From assembly GCA_964106645.2 (NCBI GenBank), contig OZ067043.1: 64,000 bases of DNA; one strand, written 5' to 3'. The notes beneath the pieces were generated by a model that was not told the origin of the DNA, did not search any database, and saw only the letters and a list, made by a program, of their open reading frames with translations. Origin of the DNA: Podarcis pityusensis. Lineage: Eukaryota. Shown here in pieces: positions 24,501 through 35,169 of this stretch; the stretch's first letter is position 1, and every line of letters starts with the position of its first letter. Position numbers and translations under genes: made by a program.

Positions 24501-27072
24501 CTTTGCCCTGAAAAAACCTGTACATTGACCCACAGCACTTGCCAGAATGGTTATGCACACTGGCTAACATGCACAAAATTCAGCTTTTTACACATCATCC
24601 AAAATTGCTCAGAAATAATGTCTCCTGACATGACCCAAAATCAATTAGGCAAGTGGTGGCAAACACACAAATGTTAGCTTGTCATGGACCAACTGCCTTT
24701 TCCCCAAGGTTACTATGCACCCAAAATGTCATGTGATTAGACCCCAACTGAAATGAAAAGCATATAATCTGTGTTCCCACTGATGAGAACACACAGTGCA
24801 AATCAACATCTGCTATAAGGGGAAAAAAGCAAAGGATGAGCCTCTGTCTTTTCTAGAAATTCTTTCTACCTCCTTAAAGAGAACCATCTCACACTCCACC
24901 GTTATTAAATAAATTAAGTAGCTAATTAATTTCTTCTGAATTATGTGACATGCTACGGTAAGTGGGGGAAAATCATCACCTAAAAAAGAAAACTGTACAA
25001 TTTACTTACTTTTTCCAAGCGAATAATATAATCTCTTTCCAGTCGCTCTTCTGCTTGTTTCAAGCCTAGCTGCTGTTCGGCTGTCAATGTTGATTCATCA
25101 ATTACAACAATATTTTCTAAATAATCAGCCTCTGAATTAGCTTCTTTAGCAGAATCTGAATTCTTTATTTTACCTAATGAAAGGAGGAGCAAAGTTGATT
25201 ATTAACTTGTTTTCTCCAGGCTACCTTAAATATAAACTAAGAGAAAATTAAATAAATTGGAAATCCTAAAATGTGAATATGCTCTCTCCTTGATAATTAT
25301 GCGAAACTAAGCATAGAAATAAAGCTGACTTTTAAAAAGTAAAACTTTTTTGATTGTTCTCAGAGTCATTAACAAGAATCATACCCTTGAGCTATTAGAA
25401 TTACCGAGATAACGTAACAGGTAGAGCAATTCAGAAAGCACTATATGAAATTATTATTATTATAAACCAATATGCAATGTTTTATAAACTTCAATTGCAT
25501 GTTGCATGTTATATTTAGGCCTGGTTCACACATCACTTCAAATGAAGACATATAGTTCAGTGCTATAGCATCTGCTCACCCGGGTGATTGGAGGAAATTG
25601 ATTGCCCAAAGTCTTCATGGACTTATTACCTGCTACTGTATTTATACGGCGTACTGTACTTGTTTTTCAAATTTGTGTGTTGTTTTACTGTTTTACTTTG
25701 TTTTTATTGGCTATTATTATTATTATTATTATTATTATTTTAAAAATACTTTTATTACTTTTAATTAGTATTTTGTAAACTGCCCAGGTATCCTGATTGG
25801 ATTAAGAGGGATTTAAAATTTGAACAACAAAAAACCAAATAAAGAAATGAATGCTATAGCACACAGAGACAGCAGTGACATTATACTTGATCCACACTGG
25901 GTCTACACATGTAACAGAATGGGGTGGAAAAATGGACTGCCATGTTTTAGGCGGCATGTGGGAGATACCACATTTGAATTATGCCCGTTTTGTTCTTTGA
26001 AGACTTAGGAGGAAGATTTGACTAGGCCTTCACCTGGTATGCCAATTTTCTATTTGAATGGAGATGCATGCATATGTGTTTTATTTGTTTGTTTTTAACA
26101 TAGAGAAGGAGTTGAAAATGTGACCCTACACCTGCCATCTGATGTGCTGCATTCCATTTTATCACCTCTTCCTGGAGTATGAGTAGGCATACATGGGGGG
26201 GGGGGTGAAACAAGCTATTCTGATATATTAGCTAAAAACTAGGTTCGTAATAGCTGCTTAGAAACTATCATAACAACTTAGAGTGATTGAGCAAAATGCA
26301 AGAGAATGTTTTATTTCAGAGCTATAATTATTTCTGCACTGAAACACAGAAAAAATATTTTTGTACTTTTAAAGGTTGTGGGGCTTACATTACAAAACAC
26401 ATTTTTCTACCACACTTGACAGTATAGATATAACTAACATGCACAAAGCAAAAGCCATTCAAAATGCATTTCAGACTGTTGGATTTTTAAAAATAAAAAC
26501 TGAATCCAGCACTCACAGGAGTCTTCAGATTTGTGTTCCATTGGTCCCAGATCCAAACCACTTTTGACTGAGTCTCCAGGCTGATTAGTATTAATTTTGG
26601 ATATATCATCTCCAGGTGGATTTTCCAATTCAGAACTCCTTCTCTGGGCAGATGGTAAGCTTTCTGTGCTAGCACCATTCTCTGAAATATGGGAGCTTGA
26701 AAGATTTTCAACCATGTGCTGAGCTCTTATCTGTTTCGGATCATCTACTTCTGCTGGTACATTTGGTAACCTTTTTGCTTTACATTGATCTTGAATATTT
26801 GACCCCATGTCTCTGCATCCAGCAATACAACTATTTGTCTTACATGATTTATTTTCTCCTGACTTTTCAGGACAAACATCATTTTGCTTATTCTTTTTGC
26901 AACTGCTCCCACCTGAAGAACTTTTCCCAGCTTCTTTTATAGATTTGTCATTTTTGTTAGTTTTATAATTTTGATTGGTTGTAACTCTGACAGCTTTGCT
27001 TTCTTCACAGACAATTCGGGCAGATTTTCTTGTGTCATGATTTCCAGTTTTTGAGCTCTTGCCCTCTTCCAT
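479..27072 (-). CDS. TUT4: Terminal uridylyltransferase 4 (ZCCHC11), complete spliced CDS of 29 coding exons, 4869 nt, ~1622 aa
   Basis: Exons join in consistent phase with GT/GC-AG sites. Translation shows the N-terminal MEEGKSSK, a C2H2 finger (CKLC..H..H), the inactive LIN28-interacting NTase module, three CCHC knuckles, catalytic FGSSKNGFGFRDSDLDIC/GDISL and PAP-associated DPFDLNHNLG, all matching remembered human TUT4. Confidence 0.97.
1201..1380 (-). CDS. TUT4: TUT4 coding exon 28
   Basis: DQGFPGQFGKANPPPPPVPWDHGTPAHFPLLRGTWPYNISPNYMQQGNASYPLNKPFYPQ. Confidence 0.9.
2538..3072 (-). CDS. TUT4: TUT4 coding exon 27 (Q/P-rich, poly-His)
   Basis: SDSRQSSYSPQPQQF...FNFPQSPPGQY...LNDPSIIFAQPAARPV...NGTVGNS. 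Confidence 0.93.
3298..3433. mobile_element. Palindromic hAT-type MITE
   Basis: CAGG...CCTG termini, self-complementary body (acaattcccatca / tcatgggagttgt), degenerate 8-bp TSD. Confidence 0.8.
3597..3726 (+). mobile_element. Penelope-like element 3' fragment with inverted 5' piece
   Basis: Shares cataccaa..acttagttggtct..aaggtgctactggaagg..ggcagaccaaca..gctacc with 4048-4174; 14-bp TSD taacttcaatttta at 3583-3596 and 3727-3740. Confidence 0.7.
4048..4085 (+). ncRNA. Minimal type I hammerhead ribozyme motif
   Basis: GUAU-CUGAAGA-A-GUGUGC(UU)GCACAC-GAAA-GCUC^AUAC: helix I GUAU/AUAC, helix II hairpin, palindromic AGCU helix III. Confidence 0.7.
4048..4174 (+). mobile_element. Penelope-like element terminal fragment
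   Basis: 17-bp TSD actggaataaaacatgt at 4031-4047 and 4175-4191; contains a hammerhead motif typical of Penelope-like elements. Confidence 0.75.
4432..4532 (-). CDS. TUT4: TUT4 coding exon 26
   Basis: GTPLVRSLVNSQQVTGSIQQQVERPLRARQTSEC. Confidence 0.92.
5034..5194 (-). CDS. TUT4: TUT4 coding exon 25 (CCHC knuckle 3)
   Basis: VKKKENER...RCFICGDVGHVRRDCPEFKQSRQRSNGAL. Confidence 0.95.
6114..6229 (-). CDS. TUT4: TUT4 coding exon 24 (CCHC knuckle 2)
   Basis: EYFFNSKVLTDGELAPNDRCCRVCGKIGHYMKDCPKKR. Confidence 0.96.
7070..7152 (-). CDS. TUT4: TUT4 coding exon 23
   Basis: MTNFIMKALINGRKLFGTPFYPVLGREA. Confidence 0.95.
7237..7284 (-). CDS. TUT4: TUT4 coding exon 22
   Basis: DPFDLNHNLGAGVSRK (includes the uridine-specifying His). 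Confidence 0.95.
7478..7655 (-). CDS. TUT4: TUT4 coding exon 21
   Basis: KNRLPSLGKNTESLGELWLGLLRFYTEEFDFKEYVISIRQKKLLTTFEKQWTSKCIAIE. Confidence 0.96.
8549..8626 (-). CDS. TUT4: TUT4 coding exon 20
   Basis: IFDGQQIPQRMVDGWNAFFFDDTEEL. Confidence 0.96.
9487..9600 (-). CDS. TUT4: TUT4 coding exon 19
   Basis: RCDIGDASRGSLSSYAYILMVLYFLQQRDPPVIPVLQE. Confidence 0.96.
10311..10400 (-). CDS. TUT4: TUT4 coding exon 18
   Basis: AQHNTRMLATYAAIDPRVQYLGYTMKVFAK. Confidence 0.96.
10703..10806 (-). CDS. TUT4: TUT4 coding exon 17 (ends at a GC donor)
   Basis: GLRNILPITTAKVPIVKFEHRRSGLEGDISLYNTL|GCAAGT. Confidence 0.94.
10900..10957 (-). CDS. TUT4: TUT4 coding exon 16
   Basis: KLNCKEIIENLAKILKKHP. Confidence 0.95.
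11124..11730 (+). mobile_element. L2-type LINE 3' end
   Basis: aaggaccacctctccccatatg...gctccccatttgtggaatgctctcc...gggcagtatacaaa followed by an A-rich tail. Confidence 0.7.
11434..11629. mobile_element. Tc1/pogo (Tigger-like) MITE nested in an L2 tail
   Basis: TA|CAGTGGTACCTC ... GAGGCACCACTG|TA. Confidence 0.85.
11745..11848 (-). CDS. TUT4: TUT4 coding exon 15 (catalytic GS..DxD motif)
   Basis: DKARLCLFGSSKNGFGFRDSDLDICMTLEGHENAE. Confidence 0.97.
12727..12813 (-). CDS. TUT4: TUT4 coding exon 14
   Basis: DELSPPFSEQQNREQILASLERFIRKEYN. Confidence 0.95.
13325..13475 (-). CDS. TUT4: TUT4 coding exon 13 (CCHC knuckle 1)
   Basis: PPTIVCSICKRDGHSKNDCPEDFKKIDLKPLPPMT...VCKRCF. Confidence 0.96.
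13565..14638 (+). mobile_element. RTE-BovB LINE, 5'-truncated
   Basis: RT C-half (GVRQGCILSPCLFN, NLRYADDTTL, VKAMVFPVVMYG), typical BovB 3' end with (CAA)n tail, 10-bp TSD atgttccaac at 13555-13564 and 14639-14648; frameshift near 13822. Confidence 0.95.
15743..16461 (-). CDS. TUT4: TUT4 coding exon 12
   Basis: DPFALKRNVARSLNSQMVFEYILERF...YVFDKFILTSGK. Confidence 0.95.
17874..18048 (-). CDS. TUT4: TUT4 coding exon 11
   Basis: SPLALETPHQISLGQLWLELLKFYTLEFALEEYVISIR...RRIAIE. Confidence 0.95.
18162..18383 (-). CDS. TUT4: TUT4 coding exon 10
   Basis: IEGFDSKKADDYQLKGIEDEKFIVWEY...KEKNGK. Confidence 0.94.
18651..18770 (-). CDS. TUT4: TUT4 coding exon 9
   Basis: LCHIDCQAEGGIPSYSFALMVIFFLQQREPRILPSYLGNW. 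Confidence 0.95.
19443..19603. mobile_element. Tc1/mariner-type MITE
   Basis: TA|CAGGTGGTGACCATTTTGCA ... TGCAAAATAGTCACTGCCTG|TA. Confidence 0.7.
20013..20139 (-). CDS. TUT4: TUT4 coding exon 8
   Basis: SGLTCKVSAGNDVACLTTDLLAALGKLEPVLVPLVLAFRYWAR. Confidence 0.95.
20613..20682 (-). CDS. TUT4: TUT4 coding exon 7
   Basis: ASYSDVESDFHAKVPVVFCKDVK. Confidence 0.94.
20973..21024 (-). CDS. TUT4: TUT4 coding exon 6
   Basis: MSHPDVLIQVLDILKNS. Confidence 0.93.
21581..21669 (-). CDS. TUT4: TUT4 coding exon 5
   Basis: ECSLRMYGSCLTRFAFKTSDINIDIKFPST. Confidence 0.95.
22899..23076 (-). CDS. TUT4: TUT4 coding exon 4
   Basis: EKQEENELRALPPPSPAQV...IIQQHLP. Confidence 0.95.
23715..23831 (-). CDS. TUT4: TUT4 coding exon 3 (C2H2 zinc finger)
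   Basis: RSPEYSNCQYLCKLCLVHIENIQGAHKHIKEKRHKKNIM. Confidence 0.96.
25010..25173 (-). CDS. TUT4: TUT4 coding exon 2
   Basis: KIKNSDS...DYLENIVVIDESTLTAEQQLGLKQAEERLERDYIIRLEK; AG/GTAAGT. Confidence 0.95.
26517..27072 (-). CDS. TUT4: TUT4 coding exon 1 (exon starts at 27181 with 109 nt of 5'UTR)
   Basis: MEEGKSSKTGNHDTRK...KSEDS; acceptor tttttctcatcag at 27182, donor T|GTGAGT. Confidence 0.92.
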
Positions 27073-27523
27073 TATTGAGAAGACCTGCTTCGTCTATTAC
27101 TTGAGACTACTTGAAATATAATTTTGCAACAACTGGAGTGGAGCAGAATCCTCTCTTCAGGCAGGGTATCTGGCTGATTGTCTGATGAGAAAAATTGAGA
27201 ATGAGAACACAAAGAAACTCTTACATTGTTAAACATAGTCCTAAATTAAAATAATATCAAAAATGCTTGCAATGAGAGACTAAAGCTAAGCATGTCAGGG
27301 GGAGGGGAGAATAATGGAGGGAACATTCACATGGTGTGATGGAAATATCCTCTATTGGTTTAATAAGAGCACAATCCAAACCCTCCTCCATATTTTGTTG
27401 GTTGGGGGTGATTAGATGGAGCAGAGATTCTCTCCACCAACCTGCAGGGGAAGAGGGTCAGCGAGCTTTGACCAAGTGGGTGGTAAGCCAGAGTGTAGAG
27501 AGCCCCAAAACAAGGTGATACTG

Positions 27524-29669
27524 GGGGACTTCCGGGTTGGCGCCTCTGGCAATGGCGGATTTCCTCCGATCGGGAGGAATCCGCTCCGTGGAAAAAAGGG
27601 TCTGAACCGCCACGGCGAGGCAGAGACCCATCAAAAACCACAGGTGGGAGAAGCCTGTGGACGTGGGATTCGGCTGGCACCTTTGCGCCCCCCTACTCGC
27701 GGGGAACCCCGGTTTTGGGGATCTGGAGCGACGTGGGGGTGAGTGGCGTGGTGCTTTGAATCGACTGCTTCTTTCACGGAGTGAAGCCGCACTGCTGTTG
27801 CCGGAGAGCGCTGACTTTTTCCTGTGGACAATTGGATTTTAAATAACTGCCCATGAGTAGAACGGAAAATTGGATTAAGAATTTTCTTTCAATTTGGCAC
27901 TGAAGCGGGAAGGTCTAAACAGGAAGTCCGCCTTCCGCTTTTGTAGATAGATTAAAGCAAAGACACGGTAAGCTAGAGTTTAGAAAGTCGTCTGTAAAGG
28001 ATCAATTTTCATAATTTAAAATTACTGAACCCCCCTTGGAAGCAGGAGAAGAGGGGGGAATTTTTTCTGGACTGTTTAAACCTGCAGAAGAGAGAGTAAA
28101 GAAAAGCAATTTTCCACCGTCTTGAACCTGGGAGCGGGGTGTCAGGACAGACGTCCTCTGGAAGTTCATTGACTATAGACAAATGTTTTGGACAGATAGT
28201 TAAAAGAAGAGAAACATATTGATTCCATTGTTCCGCTTCGCATCTAAAAGGAAAAAAATATTGACAAAATATCTGAAAAAGGAAACTTTGTTGTTAGATC
28301 TGCTTTTAAAAGAAAAGAAAAAAAGATGGATACAAATAGAAGCTTTTTCCCCTAGAAGGAGCTTGCGAAACTGTTATTAAATTCGAACTGGGAGCTGTGC
28401 AGCTGCAATAGATTAAGATCGTGGGATTAGACTCTGACCTTGAACAAGAATGTACTCGGAGGCTCTGGTGCTTGCCTTCTGCAAGACAAGTGCCTTATTG
28501 GAACAGTTACATGAGAAGACGGATTTGATGACTGTTGCGATTGGAAATTTTGGACAGGCAGTGGGTACCTATATAGAACCCACTCAGGAATTAATCCAGG
28601 AGTGTGCTCTGACAGATCAGATGAGGGAGGAGGTTGTTGGTGGACCCCGGGAGGCAGAGATGGAGGGAACTGTGGCCCAGCAGGAACATGAGTTGTTGGA
28701 TTTGACGAATGAACCTGGAAAAAGCCAGATTTGGAGAGATAGAGTCTTGTTTGGCTTGGAGATGGGGGCTGGATAGACCCCCCTATGCAGGGATGTTTTG
28801 ACCTTTCAAGTCTGGCTTTGGGCTGGGAGGAGTTCGGAGTTGTGGGGGTCCTTAACTTTAGAGGGACCTTGAAACATGCTTTTAAATACCACATGGAGTT
28901 CAGTGTTGACTATGGAAAAGGGGCTGATCTGTCGAGAAGGGACAAAAATATTGTCAAGCTGGAGTCTCCACGAGTGAAAGGAGCAGAAGACAAAGTAAAG
29001 TACAGGTATAAATATGAAGAAGACCTGCGGAAGGAACATGGAAGAGATTTAAGAGCCTCGGATATAAGGTTACCAGGTTGATGAACTAGATGGATGGGAT
29101 AGAAAGGACTGACAAAACCCGAGACCAGGAGGAAGAGACGTTGGATGAAGATTGGAAGAAAGTTTTAAAAAATTTATCTAGGAAAGTTTTGTAAAATTAA
29201 TGAGTATTAGAAAAATGTTGGAACGAAATTATTTGGCTGTAGCAGAAATGTTAAAAAGAATTATGTAAGAATATGTTATGGTTATGAGAAATTGGTATAA
29301 ATAAGATTTAAGCTTTAAGTTTTAGGGTTTTTATGGTAAGATAAGGTTAAAATAGATTAAGGTAATTTAATGACAGAATATTATGAAAGATGGAAAGGAT
29401 TTGCTGAGATAATTAATAACTAGAATACAAAAAAGGGAGGTGTGAGGAGGTCCATGAAACAAGTTAATGAAAGATAAAGATTTGGGAATATTGGATTTGT
29501 TTTTAAATTTTTTGTTTATTTTTGCTTTTTGATTTTGATGTATTTGTGTGATTTGTTTTTTTTCTTTGACTTTTGTTTTTACTGACTTGTATTGTTTAAT
29601 TTCTCTTTTTGTCTACTTTGTTTCTTTGTAATCTTAAAATCCTCAATAAATATTATTTTTTAAAAAAAA
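27524..29669 (+). mobile_element. Non-autonomous L1-type retroelement (2.15 kb, no RT or endonuclease)
   Basis: 18-bp TSD caaaacaaggtgatactg at 27506-27523 and 29670-29687; CpG-rich 5' end, T-rich 3'UTR, AATAAA at 29645 and an A tail. Confidence 0.8.
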
Positions 29670-32600
29670 CAAAACAAGGTGATACTGAATCCAAAACCCT
29701 GGAGATATTCCAAAGGTTCTGTTCCTATGCCAGCTTGCAGCTTGTGAACCAGCAAAGCTTTGGATGTGGCAGTGCCTCTGCACCTCATAGGCCCTGTGTT
29801 AAGCTTGCTCTGCCCATTAATTTTGAGATTTTCCTTTGCCCTTTGTTGGGGCAACGCAAGTACTAAAGCAGCAGGGGGAGAAATATCCTTCAGCACATTA
29901 TGCTAGGCATGCTCTTCCTTGAGGCTTCCCAGGGACTTCTACCTTACTGGCCACATTTTAGAGCTCCAAACTCTTACAATTGTTTTGTAGAAATGCTGCC
30001 AATTAGTAAAGTTTTCACAAACATTAAAAAAACATTTCAGAGCATTCGTACATAGGCCTCTGCTTTACTTATACCTCTACAACTTCCAAAATAAGTTTGC
30101 TTTCACTTCAGTTTTTTTCATTTTAAGTTAAGAGAGAGATAGAAAAGTACACTGTATTGCAACAGTATCAAAACAATGATATGTAACACAAAAAGGACTA
30201 CCTGAAAGTTGCAATAAAATATATATTGTAAATATTGCTTTTTAAAATTACATCAAAGGTTAATAAAAGGGCAACATTGGCTTTAGCAATGAAATAACAA
30301 TTAATGATTTCAGAATAAAAACTATCCTTCATTTACGTAGTTATTTGTTAATTCACTTATATTTGTAACCCTAACACACCTCAACCTGCTCAGAACAGGC
30401 AGCAAATTATTATTATGGTATATAAATGCTGACATCAGCTGGGGAAATTGATCAATGGGGGGGGGGGGCTAACCATGTTCACTAACCATTGATACTGCCT
30501 TGATAGGAAAGGAATGACAACTACATTGCTACAACAGAAATACATGGCAGTGTTGGGATTTCTTTATTGTGTTTAAAACATGAATACAAACTTAAGCTAC
30601 TTTAAATTTTATATAGAGAGAAAGATATTAGCCACCTGGTGCTTAAACCTGAAACTTGCTATGTTTGAGGTTCTATTAATATTATGATTTGACTCAGACA
30701 ATTGTAGATAAGTTTCACTTTCGTTTCCTGTTGGTTTTTAAGGTTTCATAATCTCACTTATCTTCCACTAGCACTACCAACTGGCTGTAATATCAAGATG
30801 TGAATTATTGCAAAACCACATAAACCCAAACCCACTGAACTACAACTTGTACAAAAAGCTTAATAACATTTAATACTAAAGAAGGAACTAAAATATTAGA
30901 CCTGTCGAGAGCTAAATGCAAGGATGGGGAATGAACATGATCCTTGGGGCTTCTGCAGATGTCCTCTCTGGTCGTCACGGCAACAGGGAACCTGTAGCTC
31001 TCCATACAACTACAACTTCCATCAACGCTGATCACTGGCCATGTTGGCTGGGAGCATCAGGGGGACCACAGGTCCCACCCACCTACCCACCACCCCATTT
31101 AAATAATACTAGTTCAATAAAAAAGCATATGATTAATGAACTAAGTTTGCCTATCAACAAACCTAATTTGGTGCAGGAAGGGGGGACCCTTTCTCTCAGT
31201 GCTATTTTTCCTAGTTTCAATTCACCCATCCCTAAAAGGTATTTGCCTTGAGAGGGCAGATCCAAGCTTTGGGCAGATGTGGCTATTTTAAAGTGAGAAA
31301 AATTGTATGAGGTGTGTGAAGGGGACTATCCCTGCACTGCAGCTCCAATCCAGTACAGTGGCACTTCATTTCTTGGGAGGAAACTTCGGGGGGGGGGGCG
31401 AGAATGAGTATCAGGACATTTGAATGCTAGTTAAACCCATTATTACAGAAGCCCAGAGAAAATGGCCACATTGGGACAATCAAATATCTATTTTGTAAGC
31501 TGAGTGGTGAACAAGCTTCATGTATGCAGCTGCTTTGCTCCTCCCTTCACACAAGTGGGGAGATAAGCCAGAGAGCCACAGTTAACCATAACTTCCAAAC
31601 TGAGAAATGTCTGGACTAGGAAATGGCCTGCAAGTAAGCCAGAATATGAAGTAATTGTTTAAAGCTGGTTTTCACGTCCAGGGTTGTTTTGAAAACATTA
31701 ATCGTAATTTCCCACTTCAAATATAACAAGAAGCTACAGCAAAATTCTAGCTTGTGTTTCCACTTGTGTGAAGTGAGGAGCAAAGCAACTGAATGTAGAT
31801 GCACAAAGTTCATTTTTATCTTAGTTTAGTAAGGCAAAATTTGATTGTCCAAACACATCCAATTTAAGCTGAAGATCAGAAACCAACGCAGGGCAAGAAA
31901 ACTTCCTTTGAAAAGAAGAATTCTTGCCCAAATTCCTCCCTATAGTACCACAGATTCTGGCAAAACGAATGTAAATTGGCAGTAGTAAGCAAAAAAACCC
32001 ACAAGTAGTTTTTAGCAAATTGCCAAAAATATTTTTCTTTAAATGTGACTTTCTTTAAACACAACACATGATCTCTAAGAAAAATGTGCAGCTTGTCACT
32101 AAAAATAGCCCCCCCCCCCCTTGAATGCATTCAGGAGGAATTAGAGACCTAACTTCCATACCAGGTTAATTGATAGAAAGCATAAGCAAAGGTACAGTTA
32201 TACAGATGAAAAAGCCTTGCTGGGGAAGAATCAGCATGGTTTCTACAACAGGAAGTTTGGCCTTACCAATGATTTTGAATTCTTTGAAAGCACAACGAAC
32301 ATGCAGTGATCCAGTAGGTACTGTATCCAAGATTTCAAAAAGCTTTTGACAAAACACTTTACCAAAAGCTCCTCAGTAAACATAACAGCTGTTGGAAAAG
32401 ACAACAATTTGATGGCTTTTATGATAAAATGGCTTTCTCTTTTGTAATTGCTATATAGCAATGTCCTCATGTAAATCCAGCCTTGTAGATAAGCCCAAAA
32501 AGGTGCTAGTGCCTTCCCTTCTGTAGTTGCCCACTACATTTCTATTATAAGCACAGAGAAGCAGGCTTCCCTCCTCTGACAGTTTGATTTCTATCATGGG

Positions 32601-35169
32601 CAGAGAGGAGGGAGGAAGCAGTCCTTCACTCTTTCACCAGCCCTCTCATTCATGTGTATGGAATTCTTGGTTGCCTACCAGGTGAATGTTTAAATACAAG
32701 ACAGTATAAATCTGTGATGTGGCCACATTTGGAAAACTGAGTACAGTTCTAGACATGGTATGTGACCTCTGCTCAGAAACTAGTGCCTGAAGAAATGGCA
32801 TGCAGGGAGATAAGATGTGGAGTGAGGGAAGAGTTCTGCACCCTTCACCCAATGCCTCTTTTGCTTTTAAAATCACTTTCCTTTTCTGTGTAATTTGGAC
32901 AGCTTCATCACAAGGACATCTGGGCTGACATAATGTCATTTATTTTACTAAACATACTGCAAAATGATAGCAAAGTTTTCTTTAGATTTACTCTGCACTC
33001 ACTGGAGACACTGGAGTGGAATCTGGTGACGGGAGACAGATAACTCTATCTTGCTACTGTTGATCTTATTCCCTGTGGCTGATAGTCACAATAACTATTA
33101 AATGTGACATTAACACTCTTGCCTAGCTTAGCCGATTTTGATTCTTTCAGTATTTGGAAATTTCAGTATTTGTGAACTTACTGCAACATGAACTTTAACT
33201 TCCTAACAAACATTACCCTGTTCAGGGTTCATTGGCAGCATGCAAGAATCTCCATACAAGACATGTACTGCTTGTAGTCTCTCACATCATAAACTGCACA
33301 AACAGCTTCTCAAAATAAGGGTAGTGTATCACACAGCTGTAAACTGGGGTTTTACCCAATTTGCATACTAATGTGCAGAAAGTCTACGTTTGTTACAGAA
33401 TGGCAATCACCTGCTGTCAGAAAGGCTCTGGTTATGTTTACAGTTAAATCAGGAATGCAGATGGTTTCTGCTTCACTCTCCCTCATGTGAACAGGAGTAA
33501 CAAAACTTAATTCCTGGCTTGCATCATGTCCAAATGGGATTGTGGTTAGTTCTCCTCCACACAAACCACAATGTAAAGCCAAGATATGTTCTTGACTTAT
33601 CATTCATGGTTTATTTGGCACAAAACAAACCATAATTCTCAATTCAGACAAAATGCTAAGCCAATGAGTTTGGGTTGTTGCCCCAACTCATGGTATTTTT
33701 ATTATTATTATTATTATTATCACCATCACCACAGTAACTCTACAAGTAAAAGAAGAGTGAAGCAGAATCAATCTCCTTGCTAACATAATATTATTAACTA
33801 TGGTTTACCATGATGTGTAAACTAGATCATTCTTTTAAAACCTAAAAGATAACTTCTACTATGAACCCAAATTTTGAGAAAACATCGGCTAGTATGCTTC
33901 TTTCACACTGTAATAATGGAAGAATCTTCCACAATTCTATGCCAGTGATACATGTGAACACCACCATAAAAATATCAGGTGCCCTTTTAAAAATTGATGT
34001 TAGCATAAATGAATTTGACATAGTTTTCAGCTCTTTATTGGACTGGGACCTAAAAAGGCTGATAGTGAACCGAAGCAATATCAAATATTTTTCAACCTTC
34101 ATGTGGTGAAATCTTACATTCAAAAGGTTATTACAATGTCATAATACTTAAGATGATTACATAGAAGAGAAGCAGGACCATTTAACAACAGGACCAATAA
34201 GTATTTTTGTTCTATTTTCGCTCTACTATGAAACTGACCAATTTCACATTTTACAATGGAACTAAATACATACTCAAATCTGCATATCAATCATGGCTCC
34301 TCATAATGTGCTTTTGAAATGTGCAACAGCAAAAGCTGTAACTTTAATATATGCCTGCTTCTGTTACTGAAGCATGAACCCTTGATTTTCACCATTTGCA
34401 AAATGCAGACAACTAATTAGTTTTTTAACCAGATGTTGACCAGAGATCACTTTATAGTGGGAAGGTTCCAAGTGAAAGTGGTCCAGTGCTAAGGCAGAAA
34501 GCCAGAAGCCTTACCCACCATCACTAAATAGCACAATATGCTCTGCTATTTTGTAGTGCAATCACCTTAAGGTAGAAACCTATTTGTTGTAGTAGTTACT
34601 AAGCTCTTTAAAGTGCCCTGTAGGCTGATGGTGCTGCATAATAATTTACAACAGTGATGACACTGATCCCACTATTCACCCATCTGCTTTACTGAGAGGC
34701 TCCCAGACACCAGAGACACTAAAACCGGCACTCGGGAGCCCCCCAATTAAAAGCCCCAAGTGCGAAAGGGCTATTCTGTGGAGATCTGTGTCAAGCCCCT
34801 CCTCGCAGGAAACCCATCAAGTTGTGTTAACAGCTTAGCCCACTGTCAGAAAAACAGCTCGATTTCCCAAAAACATGCCTCCGTAGGCTACGCTCCAACG
34901 TCTTTATAGTGCTCCCACGGAACAAACAACACCCCCTCTTAGCCCTCAGAAGTACACGTGCAGGATCAACTTTTTGGTGCCCCCCCCCAAATTATCGAAT
35001 TACCCAACCACATCAACACCCCCCCCCCCGCCCACACAAAAACACACACCAAAACAACTCGCTCTGGGCACAGTCCTCATCCAAGGGCCTATTTGCCTTA
35101 AACTTTCTATTCTTCCCACCCAGACAGGAGAGAAACAAAAGCAGGGAATGGGGAAGTGGGGTCCCAACC

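Noticed and set aside
24136-24560. Cluster of 74-86 aa ORFs in a TUT4 intron
   Set aside because: No recognisable homology or splice structure; flanking TUT4 exons already join in phase.
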